A stretch of DNA of 64,000 nucleotides from an uncultured Acidimicrobiia bacterium. GTDB taxonomy: Bacteria; Actinomycetota; Acidimicrobiia; Spongiisociales; UBA5794. Position numbers and translations under genes: made by a program. This document shows, one piece after another, positions 17,843-27,950 of this stretch (its first letter is position 1; each line of letters starts with the position of its first letter). The stretch is taken from positions 42,967 to 106,966 of the forward strand of contig CAWGCJ010000023.1 in NCBI GenBank assembly GCA_963821095.1, read 5' to 3'. The notes under the pieces were generated by a model. The model ran no database searches, was not told the origin of the DNA, and was given only the letters and a program-made list of their open reading frames with translations.

Positions 17843-18355
17843 ATGAGAAGTCGATTCAGTTTCAAGTCCGCACTGGTAGGTGGACTGTTTGTCGCTCTGC
17901 TGCTGAGCGCGGTGCCGGTGGGTGCCGCGGTTGGTGACGTAATCCGTGCAGGCCAGAGCACCTCCTCGAACAAGACCACCAACCTGAAGGGCAACGCCGA
18001 ATTCCAGAACTTCAAGGTCACCAACACCCGCGCCGTGGGCGTGGCGGCACGCTTCGTTGTCAAGCCGGGCAACCCACCATTCCACGTGTCCTCCGGCGTC
18101 ACCGTGCCCAAGCTGAACGCCGACCGGGTTGACGGCGTCCACGCCGCCGGACTCTTGAAGAAGAAGGACTATGACGTGGACAAGAACCTCGGTAGTAGTG
18201 CTGAGTCGGTCGGTGGCGTCGGCCTCGGCGGATTTTGCCGGCAGCTGGACCGCTGCCGGCTGGGGCAACCCGTTGGGTCGTATATGGACTACTTGGCGGT
18301 CAACTCGAAGAGGCATCGTACGAGCACGAACGGCAACGGGCATGTTCCGCTGTAG
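17843..18355 (+). CDS. Secreted hypothetical protein; 3' part heavily frameshifted and probably extending to ~18700
   Basis: SD GGGAGG, signal peptide, [11 protein letters not shown] motif; protein-like fragments ([24 protein letters not shown]) continue in other frames. Confidence 0.6.
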   Translation: MRSRFSFKSALVGGLFVALLLSAVPVGAAVGDVIRAGQSTSSNKTTNLKGNAEFQNFKVTNTRAVGVAARFVVKPGNPPFHVSSGVTVPKLNADRVDGVHAAGLLKKKDYDVDKNLGSSAESVGGVGLGGFCRQLDRCRLGQPVGSYMDYLAVNSKRHRTSTNGNGHVPL

Positions 18356-18833
18356 CGTTACCGTTCCTGATGGAGTGACGATGGCGTCGGTGACGACGCC
18401 CTCCACGACACGAATGCCGCGGTTCGCGAACGTCAATCCTGATGCAGCCTGTGGCGGACCGGTATGACGTGCTCACCGGGAGGCGAGACCAATTTGGCGC
18501 CATCAGTAGCGACAGTGGCACGCCGGGAGCAACGACACTCACATCTGCGGTGACGAACGGACTGGTCGACAACTCGGCATATTCTATTTCGTGCAGTGCA
18601 ATCCCGGTGCGGGCGACAGCACGACCGCATCGTATGGCGCGACGATCAACTACTCAGCCAACGGCGCCGGAGCTGCCCCAGGAGGCAAGGCCGACGTCGG
18701 TTCATCCTTGGAGGAGTAGGCGGCAAGTGACACTCGGGCACGTTCAGCGTGCCCGAGAGGATTGCGCCTGTTGCGCCGTGGCGGCGACTTCCGCCGCGGC
18801 GCAGCGGTGCGTATGGACCGGCCAGGGCCGTCC

Positions 18834-19241
18834 CTACGAACTCAGCACGATCGCCAGCAGCCCGATGACCAGGTACAGGAAGCCCCCGATGGCCATCCAG
18901 AACGCGCCGGGGTCGGCGGCCGGGCGGTCGTAGCCGCCGCGCAGCGCTTCGCCCACCAGCCTGTTGCCGTCGCCGCGCATGTAGTGGTTGCGGCCGATGC
19001 CTTCACCGATGCCGTACACGGCGTATCCACCGCCGGTGAGGCCGCCACCCAGCAGGCAGATGGCACCAAGTATCACCATGGTGTAGCCGAACGCTGGCGC
19101 CAACGGGGCGCCGAATATGGCCCCGGAGATCAGTCCGACAGCGATACCCCCGGCGAGTCCGATTCCGAACACCGTGAGGCGGTCCGGGAGTCGTTCCCGG
19201 AAGCTTGGCTCGCTGATGATGACACGGCCGGTTTCGGCCAT
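18834..19241 (-). CDS. Hypothetical membrane protein (3 TM)
   Basis: Hydrophobic helices and GC3-rich codons. Confidence 0.7.
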   Translation of the reverse strand: MAETGRVIISEPSFRERLPDRLTVFGIGLAGGIAVGLISGAIFGAPLAPAFGYTMVILGAICLLGGGLTGGGYAVYGIGEGIGRNHYMRGDGNRLVGEALRGGYDRPAADPGAFWMAIGGFLYLVIGLLAIVLSS

Positions 19242-19360
19242 ACGGTGTCCCCGAGTTCGTGAGTCCCCATCATCTCGCCGCCGCAGGCAAACGACAAGGG
19301 TCGATTGTCGCCGCGACGGCGAAGTGCAGGTGACCGGGTCAGACCGAGATCAACTCGGTC

Positions 19361-20513
19361 CTAGAACAACTCGTACTCGTCGGCGATGAGGCGGTCGCGC
19401 ACGCCGTCCCAGTCCTCGAAGCAGTCCTTGACGACGCGCGGCGACGTAGGCCTCGTCGTGGGGGCCACACACCTCGATGTGGGCGGCCTGGGGATCGGTG
19501 ACCGGGTGGCCGATCGACGAGAGGAGCCGCACCGTGACTTCGCTGATGTCGGTCTCGGCGATGAGGCGAGTGGCGATGTCGTAGCCGACGGCGTGGTAGG
19601 TCTTGCCGACGTGGGCGGCGGGGTTCTTGCCGGCGGCGGCTTCGAGGCTCATGGGGCGGTACGGGGTGATCAACCCACCGAAGCGGTTGCCCCGGCCGAC
19701 CTGGCCGTCGTCTCCCGCCTCGGCCGACGTTCCCGTGAGGGTGAGGTACTCGGAGCCCTCGGTGTCGGCTTGGTTGACGTCAACCTCAACCTCATCACCG
19801 AAGATGTCGGTGGCGAGACGGACGGCCGTCGCTCGCACGGCAGCGACGACCTCGTTGTACTCGTCGCGAGACTGCACGGCGCGGGCCATGACGGGTGCCG
19901 CCACGGTGAGGCGGGCATCGTCTTCGTTGCGGGCACCCATGACCTTGATGTCGCGCCCGATCGGCACCTCAGCTCGGTATTCGGGGCTGTTCAGGAGATC
20001 TTCGACCTTGTGCACCATCTCCTCGAGTGGAGAACGGGGCAACGACACGGCGGCGAACGAGGTGTCGTTGGCCAGGGGAGCGGCGGCTCCGCTGCGGGTG
20101 ACGACGGCCTGGAGGTCCACCGACGATTGGTTGAGCCAGACCTCGACCTCGAAAGCCTCCGGTCCGGCATCAGGGAGAAGCTCGAGCAACTTGGCGTGAT
20201 ACTCCACGGCCAGAGCTTCAGGGTCCGGCTGGTAGCCACTGCCGAAGTCGGCCTTGCCAACCAAGACCAGCTTCGACGGCTTGGTGTGCTCTCCGCCGCC
20301 GAAACCGATATCCACCGAGCCCGCCGCGAAGACGGCCTTGTCCACATTGAACGCCTGCACCTGGCCGGTGTGCTTCAGATACGCCGCGGCGAGTTGCTGG
20401 GCGAGGTCCTCAGCCAGGCGGTCGCAGATGGTGTCTGGATGGCCAACGCCTTTGCGTTCCACGAATTCGACATGTGGCCCGTACGGCGATCGATGCGAGA
20501 TCAAGAGGTTCAT
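19361..20513 (-). CDS. mat: Archaeal-type methionine adenosyltransferase (frameshift near the C-terminus)
   Basis: VEFVERKGVGHPDTICD, GRDIKVMG, YLTLTGTSAEAGDDGQVGRGNR, MSLEAAAGKNPAAHVGK. The likely true end (VKDCFEDW...EYELF*) is in a shifted frame ending at 19361. Confidence 0.88.
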
Positions 20514-20715
20514 GGACTCCCCAAGGACGTGGACTCGGTGGGATGGTAGTTGCCCGACGCCATGAATAGAACCGTGACGAGGCCGAAGCAGATTGGGTAT
20601 TCCCTCATCGGCCGGCGGCATGGTCCCACAATGATTCTTGGGATGCGGCCGTTTGCACGGAACGACGAACGCCGCGCCAAACGCCGATTGTTCGCCGGTC
20701 TTCTAGCCTTGCCGC

Positions 20716-21804
20716 ATGCACGACGATCCGGCCACCGTGGCCCTCCACGCCGACGGCGAACTCGCTGAGCTCCCCGACATCGCCCCAGCGATCCGGCCGG
20801 CGACTACGTTCGCAAAAGACGCCAACAGGTTCGCCAAGGCATCGACGCCTCGGTACTACCGGCGGGAGTCACACGAGACGACTGAGCGGCTCGAGGCCGT
20901 CCTGGGTGCCCTCGAAGGTGGCAGCGCGGTGATGTACCCATCCGGCATGGCTGCAGTCGCCGCGGTGTTGCGGTTCCTGCGCCCTCGCCGCATTGCCCTT
21001 CCGGAGGACGTCTACCACGGGGTGCGGTCATTCGTCGGCCGAGAGGCAACCCACGGCACCTGGGAGGTGACGGCTTCGGCTCTGCTCGCAGCCGGCGATG
21101 TCTGGTGGGTGGAGACGCCTTCGAATCCCAAGTGTTTGGTGACCGACATTGCCGACGTGGCGGCGGCGGCTCGCCCGCGTGGCGTTCACGTGGTCGTCGA
21201 CGCCACCTTCGCTACCCCGGTCCTGCAGCGTTCCCTGGGCCTGGGTGCCGACTTCGTCGTCCACGCTGCCACCAAGTTCATCGCCGGCCACTCCGATGCG
21301 ATGGGCGGTGTCGTGGTTTCGGGCGACGAGGCGGTGGCGGCGCAGCTGCGGGAGATTCGCAGCGACAACGGAGCCATTCCCGGAGCACTCGAGACCTGGC
21401 TGGCGTTGCGTGGTGTGCGCAGCTTGCCGCTGCGGGTCGAACGCCAATCGGCATCCGCTCTCGCCGTTGCCGAACATCTGAGCAGCTACCTGCCTCAGGT
21501 CTGGTATCCCGGCCTGCCGAACCATCCCGGGCACGATGTTGCCGTTCGGCAGATGACGGCGTTCGGTGGGGTGCTTTCATTCGAGGTCGAGTCGGCGGCC
21601 CGAGCCGCTCGATTGGTGAATGCGGTGCGGCTCTTCCGCAACGCAACATCGCTTGGGGGCGTCGAGTCCCTTGTCGAGCATCGGATCGAGGCCGACGCCG
21701 AGGCGCCACCCGGGTTGATTCGGCTTTCGGTCGGCCTCGAAAGTCCGGTCGATCTCATTGCCGATCTCGACCAGGCGCACGCAGCATCCGGAGTCGGCTC
21801 ATGA
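20716..21804 (+). CDS. Cys/Met metabolism PLP enzyme (cystathionine gamma-synthase/lyase family)
   Basis: YPSGMAA, VETPSNP, VDATFATP, HAATKFIAGHSD, ATSLGGVESL, IRLSVGLE. Confidence 0.9.
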   Translation: MHDDPATVALHADGELAELPDIAPAIRPATTFAKDANRFAKASTPRYYRRESHETTERLEAVLGALEGGSAVMYPSGMAAVAAVLRFLRPRRIALPEDVYHGVRSFVGREATHGTWEVTASALLAAGDVWWVETPSNPKCLVTDIADVAAAARPRGVHVVVDATFATPVLQRSLGLGADFVVHAATKFIAGHSDAMGGVVVSGDEAVAAQLREIRSDNGAIPGALETWLALRGVRSLPLRVERQSASALAVAEHLSSYLPQVWYPGLPNHPGHDVAVRQMTAFGGVLSFEVESAARAARLVNAVRLFRNATSLGGVESLVEHRIEADAEAPPGLIRLSVGLESPVDLIADLDQAHAASGVGS

Positions 21805-22688
21805 GCCTGCTCCCGCCGCGTGTAGCGGCGTGGGTTGAGGAGGCGCTGGGTTTGGATGCGTGGATTGTCGGCATGGACGGAGTCTCCGGCCACCACCTCA
21901 ACGCAGTACACACCGTCGACGTCGCGATGGGCAAAGGCGGCATGGCCGCCCTTGTAGTCAAGCGGTTTCCCGGCGAACCGCCCGATGAGCAGGTGCGGGC
22001 CGTTACCAGGGAGGCGGCCAACCTCGAGCTGCTCGCTCCCACCGCGGTTCCTGCGCCGCGCCTTGTCGCCGTCGACCCGACGGGCAGCGAGGCGGGGGAG
22101 CCCACCCTCATCATGGAGCGACTTCCCGGTAACGTCGTCCTCGACCCGCCCGCAGTCGAGGACTGGCTGCGGGGTATGGCGGCATTGCTGCCGTTGGTGC
22201 ACGAGGTAGTAGTGCCGATTGGAACGGAGGTGCGGCCGTTCTCGGTGTACAACAATGTCGACGAACTCGACGTCCCGATTTGGAGCTCCGACCCGGCGTT
22301 GTGGAGCTTCGTGCTCGAGACTGCGGCAAGTCCGGCTCCAGAGTCGGCCTACTCGTTCATCCACCGCGATTTTCATCCCGGCAACGTGCTGTGGGTGGGT
22401 GACGCAACGTCGGCGCTGATCGACTGGGAGCCGGCTTCGATCGGGCCTTCGGCGATGGATCTCGCCCACTGCCGGTTGAACCTCGCCAGGCTCTATGACG
22501 TTGCGGTTGCCGACGCCTTCCTGGGCACCCACGCGGCGTTGACGGGCGGATACGAGCATCAGCCGTTCTTCGACCTGCTGGCCATCGTCGACACCCTGCC
22601 GCAGGCGCTGCCCCCGTACGGTGGTGTGCTGACTCCACACCGGGCCAAGCTCGAAAGCTTCGTCAGGTCGGTCGTTCGCCGTCTTTGA
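21801..22688 (+). CDS. Aminoglycoside phosphotransferase/choline kinase family protein
   Basis: HRDFHPGNVLW, LIDWE, DLAHCR; ATGA coupling to the upstream gene. Confidence 0.88.
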   Translation: MSLLPPRVAAWVEEALGLDAWIVGMDGVSGHHLNAVHTVDVAMGKGGMAALVVKRFPGEPPDEQVRAVTREAANLELLAPTAVPAPRLVAVDPTGSEAGEPTLIMERLPGNVVLDPPAVEDWLRGMAALLPLVHEVVVPIGTEVRPFSVYNNVDELDVPIWSSDPALWSFVLETAASPAPESAYSFIHRDFHPGNVLWVGDATSALIDWEPASIGPSAMDLAHCRLNLARLYDVAVADAFLGTHAALTGGYEHQPFFDLLAIVDTLPQALPPYGGVLTPHRAKLESFVRSVVRRL

Positions 22689-22693
22689 ACCCG

Positions 22694-23281
22694 CTACCAG
22701 GTCTCGCGGTGGACGACCTCGTCGGCGTCCTTGCGACCTCTTGCCAATGAGCCGCTGCGGCGGTCCGGTGCTGGGTGTCCGATGGTGACGATGCCGATCG
22801 GTTCCACTTCGTCGGGGATCCCGAGTTCCCTCTTGAGCTCCGGCATGGCATGGGAACCGAGGAACCCGGCGGCCAATCCCTCGTCGACCGCAGCGAGCAG
22901 GAGCAGCATCATGGCGGCGCCGGCGTCGACCCACCAGTAGGGAACCGGCCAGTCCTGCGCATTGCCTGCGGCGACCTTGTCAGGCTCGGAATACCGGTCT
23001 CGGTAGACCTTCTCGCTCACGCAGACCACGACATGGACCGGCGCCCGGGAGATCCAGGGATCGAACCCCTCGGCCACGTAGGCGGGTTCGTCGGCGAGTT
23101 CGGCGATGCGGCTGCGCCGCTGCGGTTCGGTGACGACGATGAAGGCTTGCCCCTGACTGAAACCGGCCGATGGGGCGCGCCGCGCCGTGTCGAGAATGCG
23201 CTCCAGGGTGGCCGGATCGACCGGCTCATCCGTGTAGTTGCGAACGATGCGGCGCCGCTTGACGACCTCTTCGAACTGCAC
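22694..23281 (-). CDS. Nitroreductase family protein
   Basis: RRRIVRNY, RAPSAGFSQG, LAAVDEGL, VTIGHP. Confidence 0.9.
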   Translation of the reverse strand: MQFEEVVKRRRIVRNYTDEPVDPATLERILDTARRAPSAGFSQGQAFIVVTEPQRRSRIAELADEPAYVAEGFDPWISRAPVHVVVCVSEKVYRDRYSEPDKVAAGNAQDWPVPYWWVDAGAAMMLLLLAAVDEGLAAGFLGSHAMPELKRELGIPDEVEPIGIVTIGHPAPDRRSGSLARGRKDADEVVHRETW

Positions 23282-23283
23282 GG

Positions 23284-24642
23284 TTACACGTTGGCGAGGG
23301 CGGTGACGACGCTCTCGACGGCGTCCTTGCCATCGGCAAACAACATCATCGTGTTGTCGAGGTAGAACAGCGGATTGTCGATGCCGGCGAAGCCCGGCGA
23401 CAGGCTGCGCTTGATCACAATGCAGGTTTGGGCGTTGTCGACCTCGAGGATCGGCATCCCGTAGATGGGGCTGGTGGCATCGTCGCGGGCCGACGGGTTG
23501 ACCACATCGTTGGCGCCGATGATCAACACGGCATCGGTCTGGGGCAACATGGGGTTGGACTGTTCGAGGTCGAGTAGCTGGTCGTAGGGCACGTCGGCCT
23601 CCGCCAGCAACACGTTCATGTGGCCGGGCATGCGGCCCGCTACCGGGTGGATCGCATAGTTGACCTCGACCCCGCGCTCTTCGAGAGCGGTGGCGAGTTC
23701 CCGCACCGCGTGCTGGGCTTGGGCGACGGCCATTCCGTAGCCGGGCACCACCATCACGCTGTCGGCGTAGGCGAGCGCGATGGCGACATCGTCGGGTGTC
23801 GCCGACTTCACCGGCTTGTCGCTGGTAGTGATCGGGCCGGCGCTCTCGGTGCCGAACCCGGAGAACAGCACGTTGGCTAGAGACCGGTTCATCGCCTCTC
23901 CCATCAGCATGGTGAGGATGAAGCCGGCAGCTCCGACGAGGGCACCGCCAATGATGAGGGCTTCGTTGCCGACGACGAAGCCGGCCATGGCGGCGGCAAC
24001 GCCGGACAGTGAGTTCAGCAGGGAGATCACAACCGGCATGTCGGCGCCACCGATGGGGGTGACGGCGAGCACGCCGAGGAACAACGCAGCAGCCGCCACC
24101 AGCCAGTAGGCGAGGGTGGAATCGGCCGCAATGGCCCAGATGCCGCAACCGACGATGCTGATGGCGAGGAGGGCATTGATGATCTGCCCCCCGGCGAACC
24201 CGAGCGGACGACCAGGCAGGATTCCTTGGAGTTTGCCGAAGGCAACGAAGCTGCCGGAGAACGTCACCGTTCCGATTGCGAGCGAGAGCACCACGGTGAC
24301 GCCGGTTTCGACGTCAAAGACGCCGGCGACCTGGTCGATCGCAACAAGAGCCACCAGGGTCGAGGCGATGCCACCGAAGCCGTTGAAGGCGGCGACGAGT
24401 TGCGGCATCTCGGTCATCTGCACCCGGATGGCGAGGAAGGCGCCGACGGCACCACCGACCACGAGGCCCGCGATGATGGTGCCCCAATTGGTGATGTCCT
24501 GGTCGATCAGCGTGATGACGATGGCGGCGAGCATGCCGGTAGCGGCGAGCGTGTTGCCGCGGCGGGCGGTGCGGGGCGAGCCGAGCTGCTTGAGGCCAAA
24601 GATGAAGAGGACGGCAGCGGCGAGGTAGAGGAGCTCAGTCAC
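23284..24642 (-). CDS. pntB: NAD(P) transhydrogenase subunit beta
   Basis: MTEMPQLVA, IGGADMPVVISLLNS, PGYGMAVAQAQH, HPVAGRMPGHMNVLLAEA. Confidence 0.97.
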   Translation of the reverse strand: MTELLYLAAAVLFIFGLKQLGSPRTARRGNTLAATGMLAAIVITLIDQDITNWGTIIAGLVVGGAVGAFLAIRVQMTEMPQLVAAFNGFGGIASTLVALVAIDQVAGVFDVETGVTVVLSLAIGTVTFSGSFVAFGKLQGILPGRPLGFAGGQIINALLAISIVGCGIWAIAADSTLAYWLVAAAALFLGVLAVTPIGGADMPVVISLLNSLSGVAAAMAGFVVGNEALIIGGALVGAAGFILTMLMGEAMNRSLANVLFSGFGTESAGPITTSDKPVKSATPDDVAIALAYADSVMVVPGYGMAVAQAQHAVRELATALEERGVEVNYAIHPVAGRMPGHMNVLLAEADVPYDQLLDLEQSNPMLPQTDAVLIIGANDVVNPSARDDATSPIYGMPILEVDNAQTCIVIKRSLSPGFAGIDNPLFYLDNTMMLFADGKDAVESVVTALANV

Positions 24643-24934
24643 GCCTGCGCTCCGGCTTCTTCTTGAACATCTCGAGCATGCGATCGGTGACCATGAAGCC
24701 GCCGACGACGTTGATCATTGCGGCGGCAACCGCCAGGAAACCGAGCACGGCGGCAAGGGTGCCGGAGCCGAGCCCGGCCGCGGTGATGGCGCCAACGACC
24801 GTGATGCCCGAAATGGCGTTTGCCCCGGACATCAGCGGCGTGTGCAGGGTTGGAGGCACTTTCGAAATCACCTCGAGGCCCACGAAGGCGGCGAGGACGA
24901 AGACGACGATGCCGGTGATGAACTCAGGGCTCAT
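24635..24934 (-). CDS. pntA: NAD(P) transhydrogenase subunit alpha, part 2
   Basis: VPPTLHTPLMSGANAISG, GGFMVTDRMLEMF. Confidence 0.95.
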   Translation of the reverse strand: MSPEFITGIVVFVLAAFVGLEVISKVPPTLHTPLMSGANAISGITVVGAITAAGLGSGTLAAVLGFLAVAAAMINVVGGFMVTDRMLEMFKKKPERRRD

Positions 24935-26074
24935 GCGCTGGAGTCCTCCATTCCGAGCAGTTGCCGGCTGCGGGGCTGAACCACGCGGCCGTCGTAGGTG
25001 ATGGTGCTGCCCCCGATGATTTCGTCGTCCAGGTCGAAGGCGAGTTCGCCGGTCTCCTTGTCGCGGACTCGGTCGATGAAAGCGATCAGGTTTCTGGCGT
25101 ACATGCGGCTGGCGTCGGTCGGCACGAAGCTGGCGAGGTTGGTCGGGCCGAAGATCTTGACGCCGCCGATGTCCACTACTTCGTCCGGCTTGGATCCGGC
25201 AACGTTGCCGCCGGTGCCGGCGGCCATGTCGACGATCACCGAGCCGGGATGCATGGTGGCGACCATCTCCTGCGTGATGAGGAGCGGTGCCGGTCGGCCG
25301 GGAATCTGCGCCGTGGTCACGATGAGATCCGAGTCGGCGACGTGGGGCGACAGGGCCTCGAATTGGCGCTGCTGGACGTCATCTTGGACTTCGCGGGCGT
25401 AGCCGCCCTCGTCTGCCTCGGCCGTTGGGGCTTCGATGAACTTTGCGCCGAGGCTCTCGACCTGCTCCTTGGTCTCGACCCGAATGTCGTAGGCGTGGAC
25501 GACGGCGCCGAGGCGGCGGGCGGTGGCGATGGCTTGCAGGCCGGCTACACCGACTCCGAGGATGAGCGCCTTGGAGGGCGGAATCGTTCCGGCTGCGGTC
25601 ACCATCATCGGCAGCAACTTGGGCGAGGCCTGGGCGCCCATCAGCACGGCCGCATAGCCGGCAAGGTTTGCTTGCGAGGAAAGGGCGTCCATTGCCTGGG
25701 CCAGCGTGGTGCGGGGGATGGCCTCGACGGCGACCGAGGTGAGGTTGCGGGCGGCGAGGGCGCGCACGAGGTCGGCGTCGACAAATGGATCGAGGAATCC
25801 GATCAACGCGGCGCTCTCCTTTGGTCAATCCGACCTCTTCGAGAGCGGGCGGGCCGACCCGTAGGACGAGGTCGGCGTCGTGGGCTGATGCCGCGTCGGG
25901 CACGATCTCGGCGCCGGCTGCAACGAACAGGTCGTCCGGGAAGCCGGCTTCGGTGCCCGCATCGGCCTGGACCTTCACGGCCCAGCCCCAGCCGAGCATT
26001 GTTTCGACGGTGGCGGGAACTGCGGCAACCCGCCGCTCACCGGGGCGCGACTCCTTGGGGACTCCTACGTGCAT
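24931..26074 (-). CDS. pntA: NAD(P) transhydrogenase subunit alpha, part 1 (frameshift ~25810)
   Basis: GVPKESRPGERRVA; IPRTTLAQAMDALSSQANLAGY, GVGVAGLQAI, TTAQIPGRPAP. Confidence 0.93.
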
Positions 26075-26185
26075 GGCGGGCACGCTACCGGATTCCTGCC
26101 CCGGCTCCGAGTCGAGGGTGGTCCCGACTCTGCTGCAATTCGACCCTATTCACCGATAGGGGAGGCGACCGGTAGATTCTGCGCC

Positions 26186-27576
26186 ATGGATCAGAGCTAC
26201 TGGGCTCGACTGCTCGCGTCGGAATTCACCGCCAGGAAGTTCTTGATCGTGAGCGAGAGCCTTGCGGGGGCGACCAGCCTGGTTCGCTTCCTGGGCGAGT
26301 GCGGGGCGCAACGGCCATTCGTCCTTGCCTCGTACGAGGGTATGGGAGAGTTGCCGGATCCGGCCGACGCCGAGTGGGCGCTGCTGGCGACGACCGGGTC
26401 GACGCACATGGGGTTGATCCGCAGCTTCCTGGAGGCGGTGACCGATTTGCCTTCCGGGATCGTGGCGCAGATCGATGCTTGGGATCCAGAACGGAGCGCC
26501 GAGGTGCTGGACGGGTTCCTTGCGGCCGAGTCGTTGGTGGCCGGCTCGCGCGCACTACGGGACGCGACCGCAGGCGTGGGTGGATCTCGAGGACAAGACC
26601 GTCATCGACCAGATCTGGGATCGTGCCGAGGTGCCGCGGGCGCCGTCGGCGGTTGTTTCGGTCGCCGGGTCGGCAGATCGATCAGGTACTCGGTGATCTC
26701 GACTGGGGTGCAGGCACCGTGTGGGTGGCGGACAACTCGGATGGCTGGCACGGTGGCGCCGAGTACCTCCGGTGGGTGCGCTCGTCCGGCGATGCCGCGG
26801 GTGCTCGGGACTGGTTCGTCACCAGGTGCGAGCGCGTGCGGATCATGCCGTTCCTCGAGGGGATTCCCTGCAGCGTGCACGGCTTCGTGTTCCCCGAATA
26901 TGTGGCAGCGATTCGCCCAATCGAGATGCTGGTGCTGCGCAAGGTGGGAACCACCGAGTTCAAATACGTCGGGACGGCCTCCTACTGGGACCCGCCGCAG
27001 GCTGACCGCGAGGAGATGCGCGACATTGCCCGCCGGGTCGGCAAGGTGTTGCGCTCCGAGCGTGCCTATGCCGGTGGGTTCACAGTGGACGGTGTGATGA
27101 CCCGCGACGGCTTTCTGCCGACCGAACTCAATTCCAGGATGGGAGCGGGTATCGGGCGGGCGGCGCGTGGTTTGCCCGATCTGGCCCTCGGGGCGATCAA
27201 CCGAGCTCTCATCGCCGGCGTCGACATCGACTACCGGCCCGGCGAGTTCGAGCACATGCTGGTGACCGGGGCCGATTCGGCGCGCTCCGGGATCGGGTTT
27301 CTGATGATTGATGAAGTACCTGACGACAAGCAGGTACACGGGGTGGTGCTCTCCGCCGGGCAATCCCGGCTGGCTCGGCCGGGTGAGACGCCTGAGGCGA
27401 CCATCACCTGGGAGCGGGGCAGTCCGGCCGGTTCGGTGGCGGTGCGGCCCGATCCAGACCGAGTCCCTACGGGATCGTCGATTGCTCCCTGGGTGGTGCG
27501 TGGCTTCGAGATGGCCAACCGGGTGTGGGATCTGGGTCTTCCCGAGTTCACCGCCGCCGAGGACCTGCATCGATAG
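26186..27576 (+). CDS. ATP-grasp-like hypothetical protein (frameshifts ~26550-26680)
   Basis: LEDKTVID, WHGGAEY, RIMPFLEGIPCSVHG, FTVDGVM...PTELNSR; leaderless start after TAGATT. Confidence 0.65.
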
Positions 27577-27689
27577 CGGCTGGGGCTACAGGTCGCTCGT
27601 CAGGAGCCAGAATCTGATCGGCATGACGCATTCTGGCAGGCTGCTAGGCGTTCCTCGCCCAAATCGGACAATGGGCGTTGCTCGCACGC

Positions 27690-27842
27690 CGAATGGAAGA
27701 GCCCGGAGGAGGGTCCGGGGCTCGTTCGAGATGGTGCAGCGGCTGCAGGGAGATCCGTGAGGGGGTTGTTACAGACGATCAACCCCACAGCCGCCGTCAC
27801 CTCTGATGGAGGGTGTTGAGGACGGTCCCTCCAAACCGATAC
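27690..27842 (-). ncRNA. Candidate ECF-sigma-dependent small RNA
   Basis: Follows an ECF-like promoter; stems at 27807-27833 and 27762-27786 and a terminator-like stem at 27699-27723; no credible ORF. Confidence 0.45.
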
Positions 27843-27847
27843 CCCAT

Positions 27848-27875
27848 TTCGACACGGCAGTTGCATCAAAGTTCC
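27848..27875 (-). promoter_or_regulatory. ECF-type promoter GGAACT-N16-GTCGAA
   Basis: -35 at 27875-27870 and -10 at 27853-27848; resembles the divergent promoter at 27922. Confidence 0.55.
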
Positions 27876-27921
27876 CAGGTCGTCAGTATTTTCCTTCGTG
27901 AAAGTATTTCTCTTCCAGTCG

Positions 27922-27950
27922 GGAACCTCGGGCGGGTTGCGTGGGTCTAA
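27922..27950 (+). promoter_or_regulatory. ECF-type (likely autoregulatory) promoter GGAACC-N17-GTCTAA
   Basis: Directly upstream of the ECF sigma coding region; GGAAC/GTC pattern typical of RpoE-like sigma promoters. Confidence 0.65.

Noticed and set aside
20514-20715. SAM riboswitch between mat and the Cys/Met enzyme
   Set aside because: I could not find SAM-I or SAM-IV core motifs on either strand; an Rfam scan would settle it.
27606-27637. Inverted repeat GCCAGAAT...ATTCTGGC
   Set aside because: Only 8 bp; may be a relic of the repeat seen at 44821 but too weak to call.
27797-27847. 16-codon ORF MGYRFGGTVLNTLHQR on the minus strand within the candidate sRNA region
   Set aside because: Its ATG abuts the predicted -10 element and would lie upstream of the TSS; no SD.
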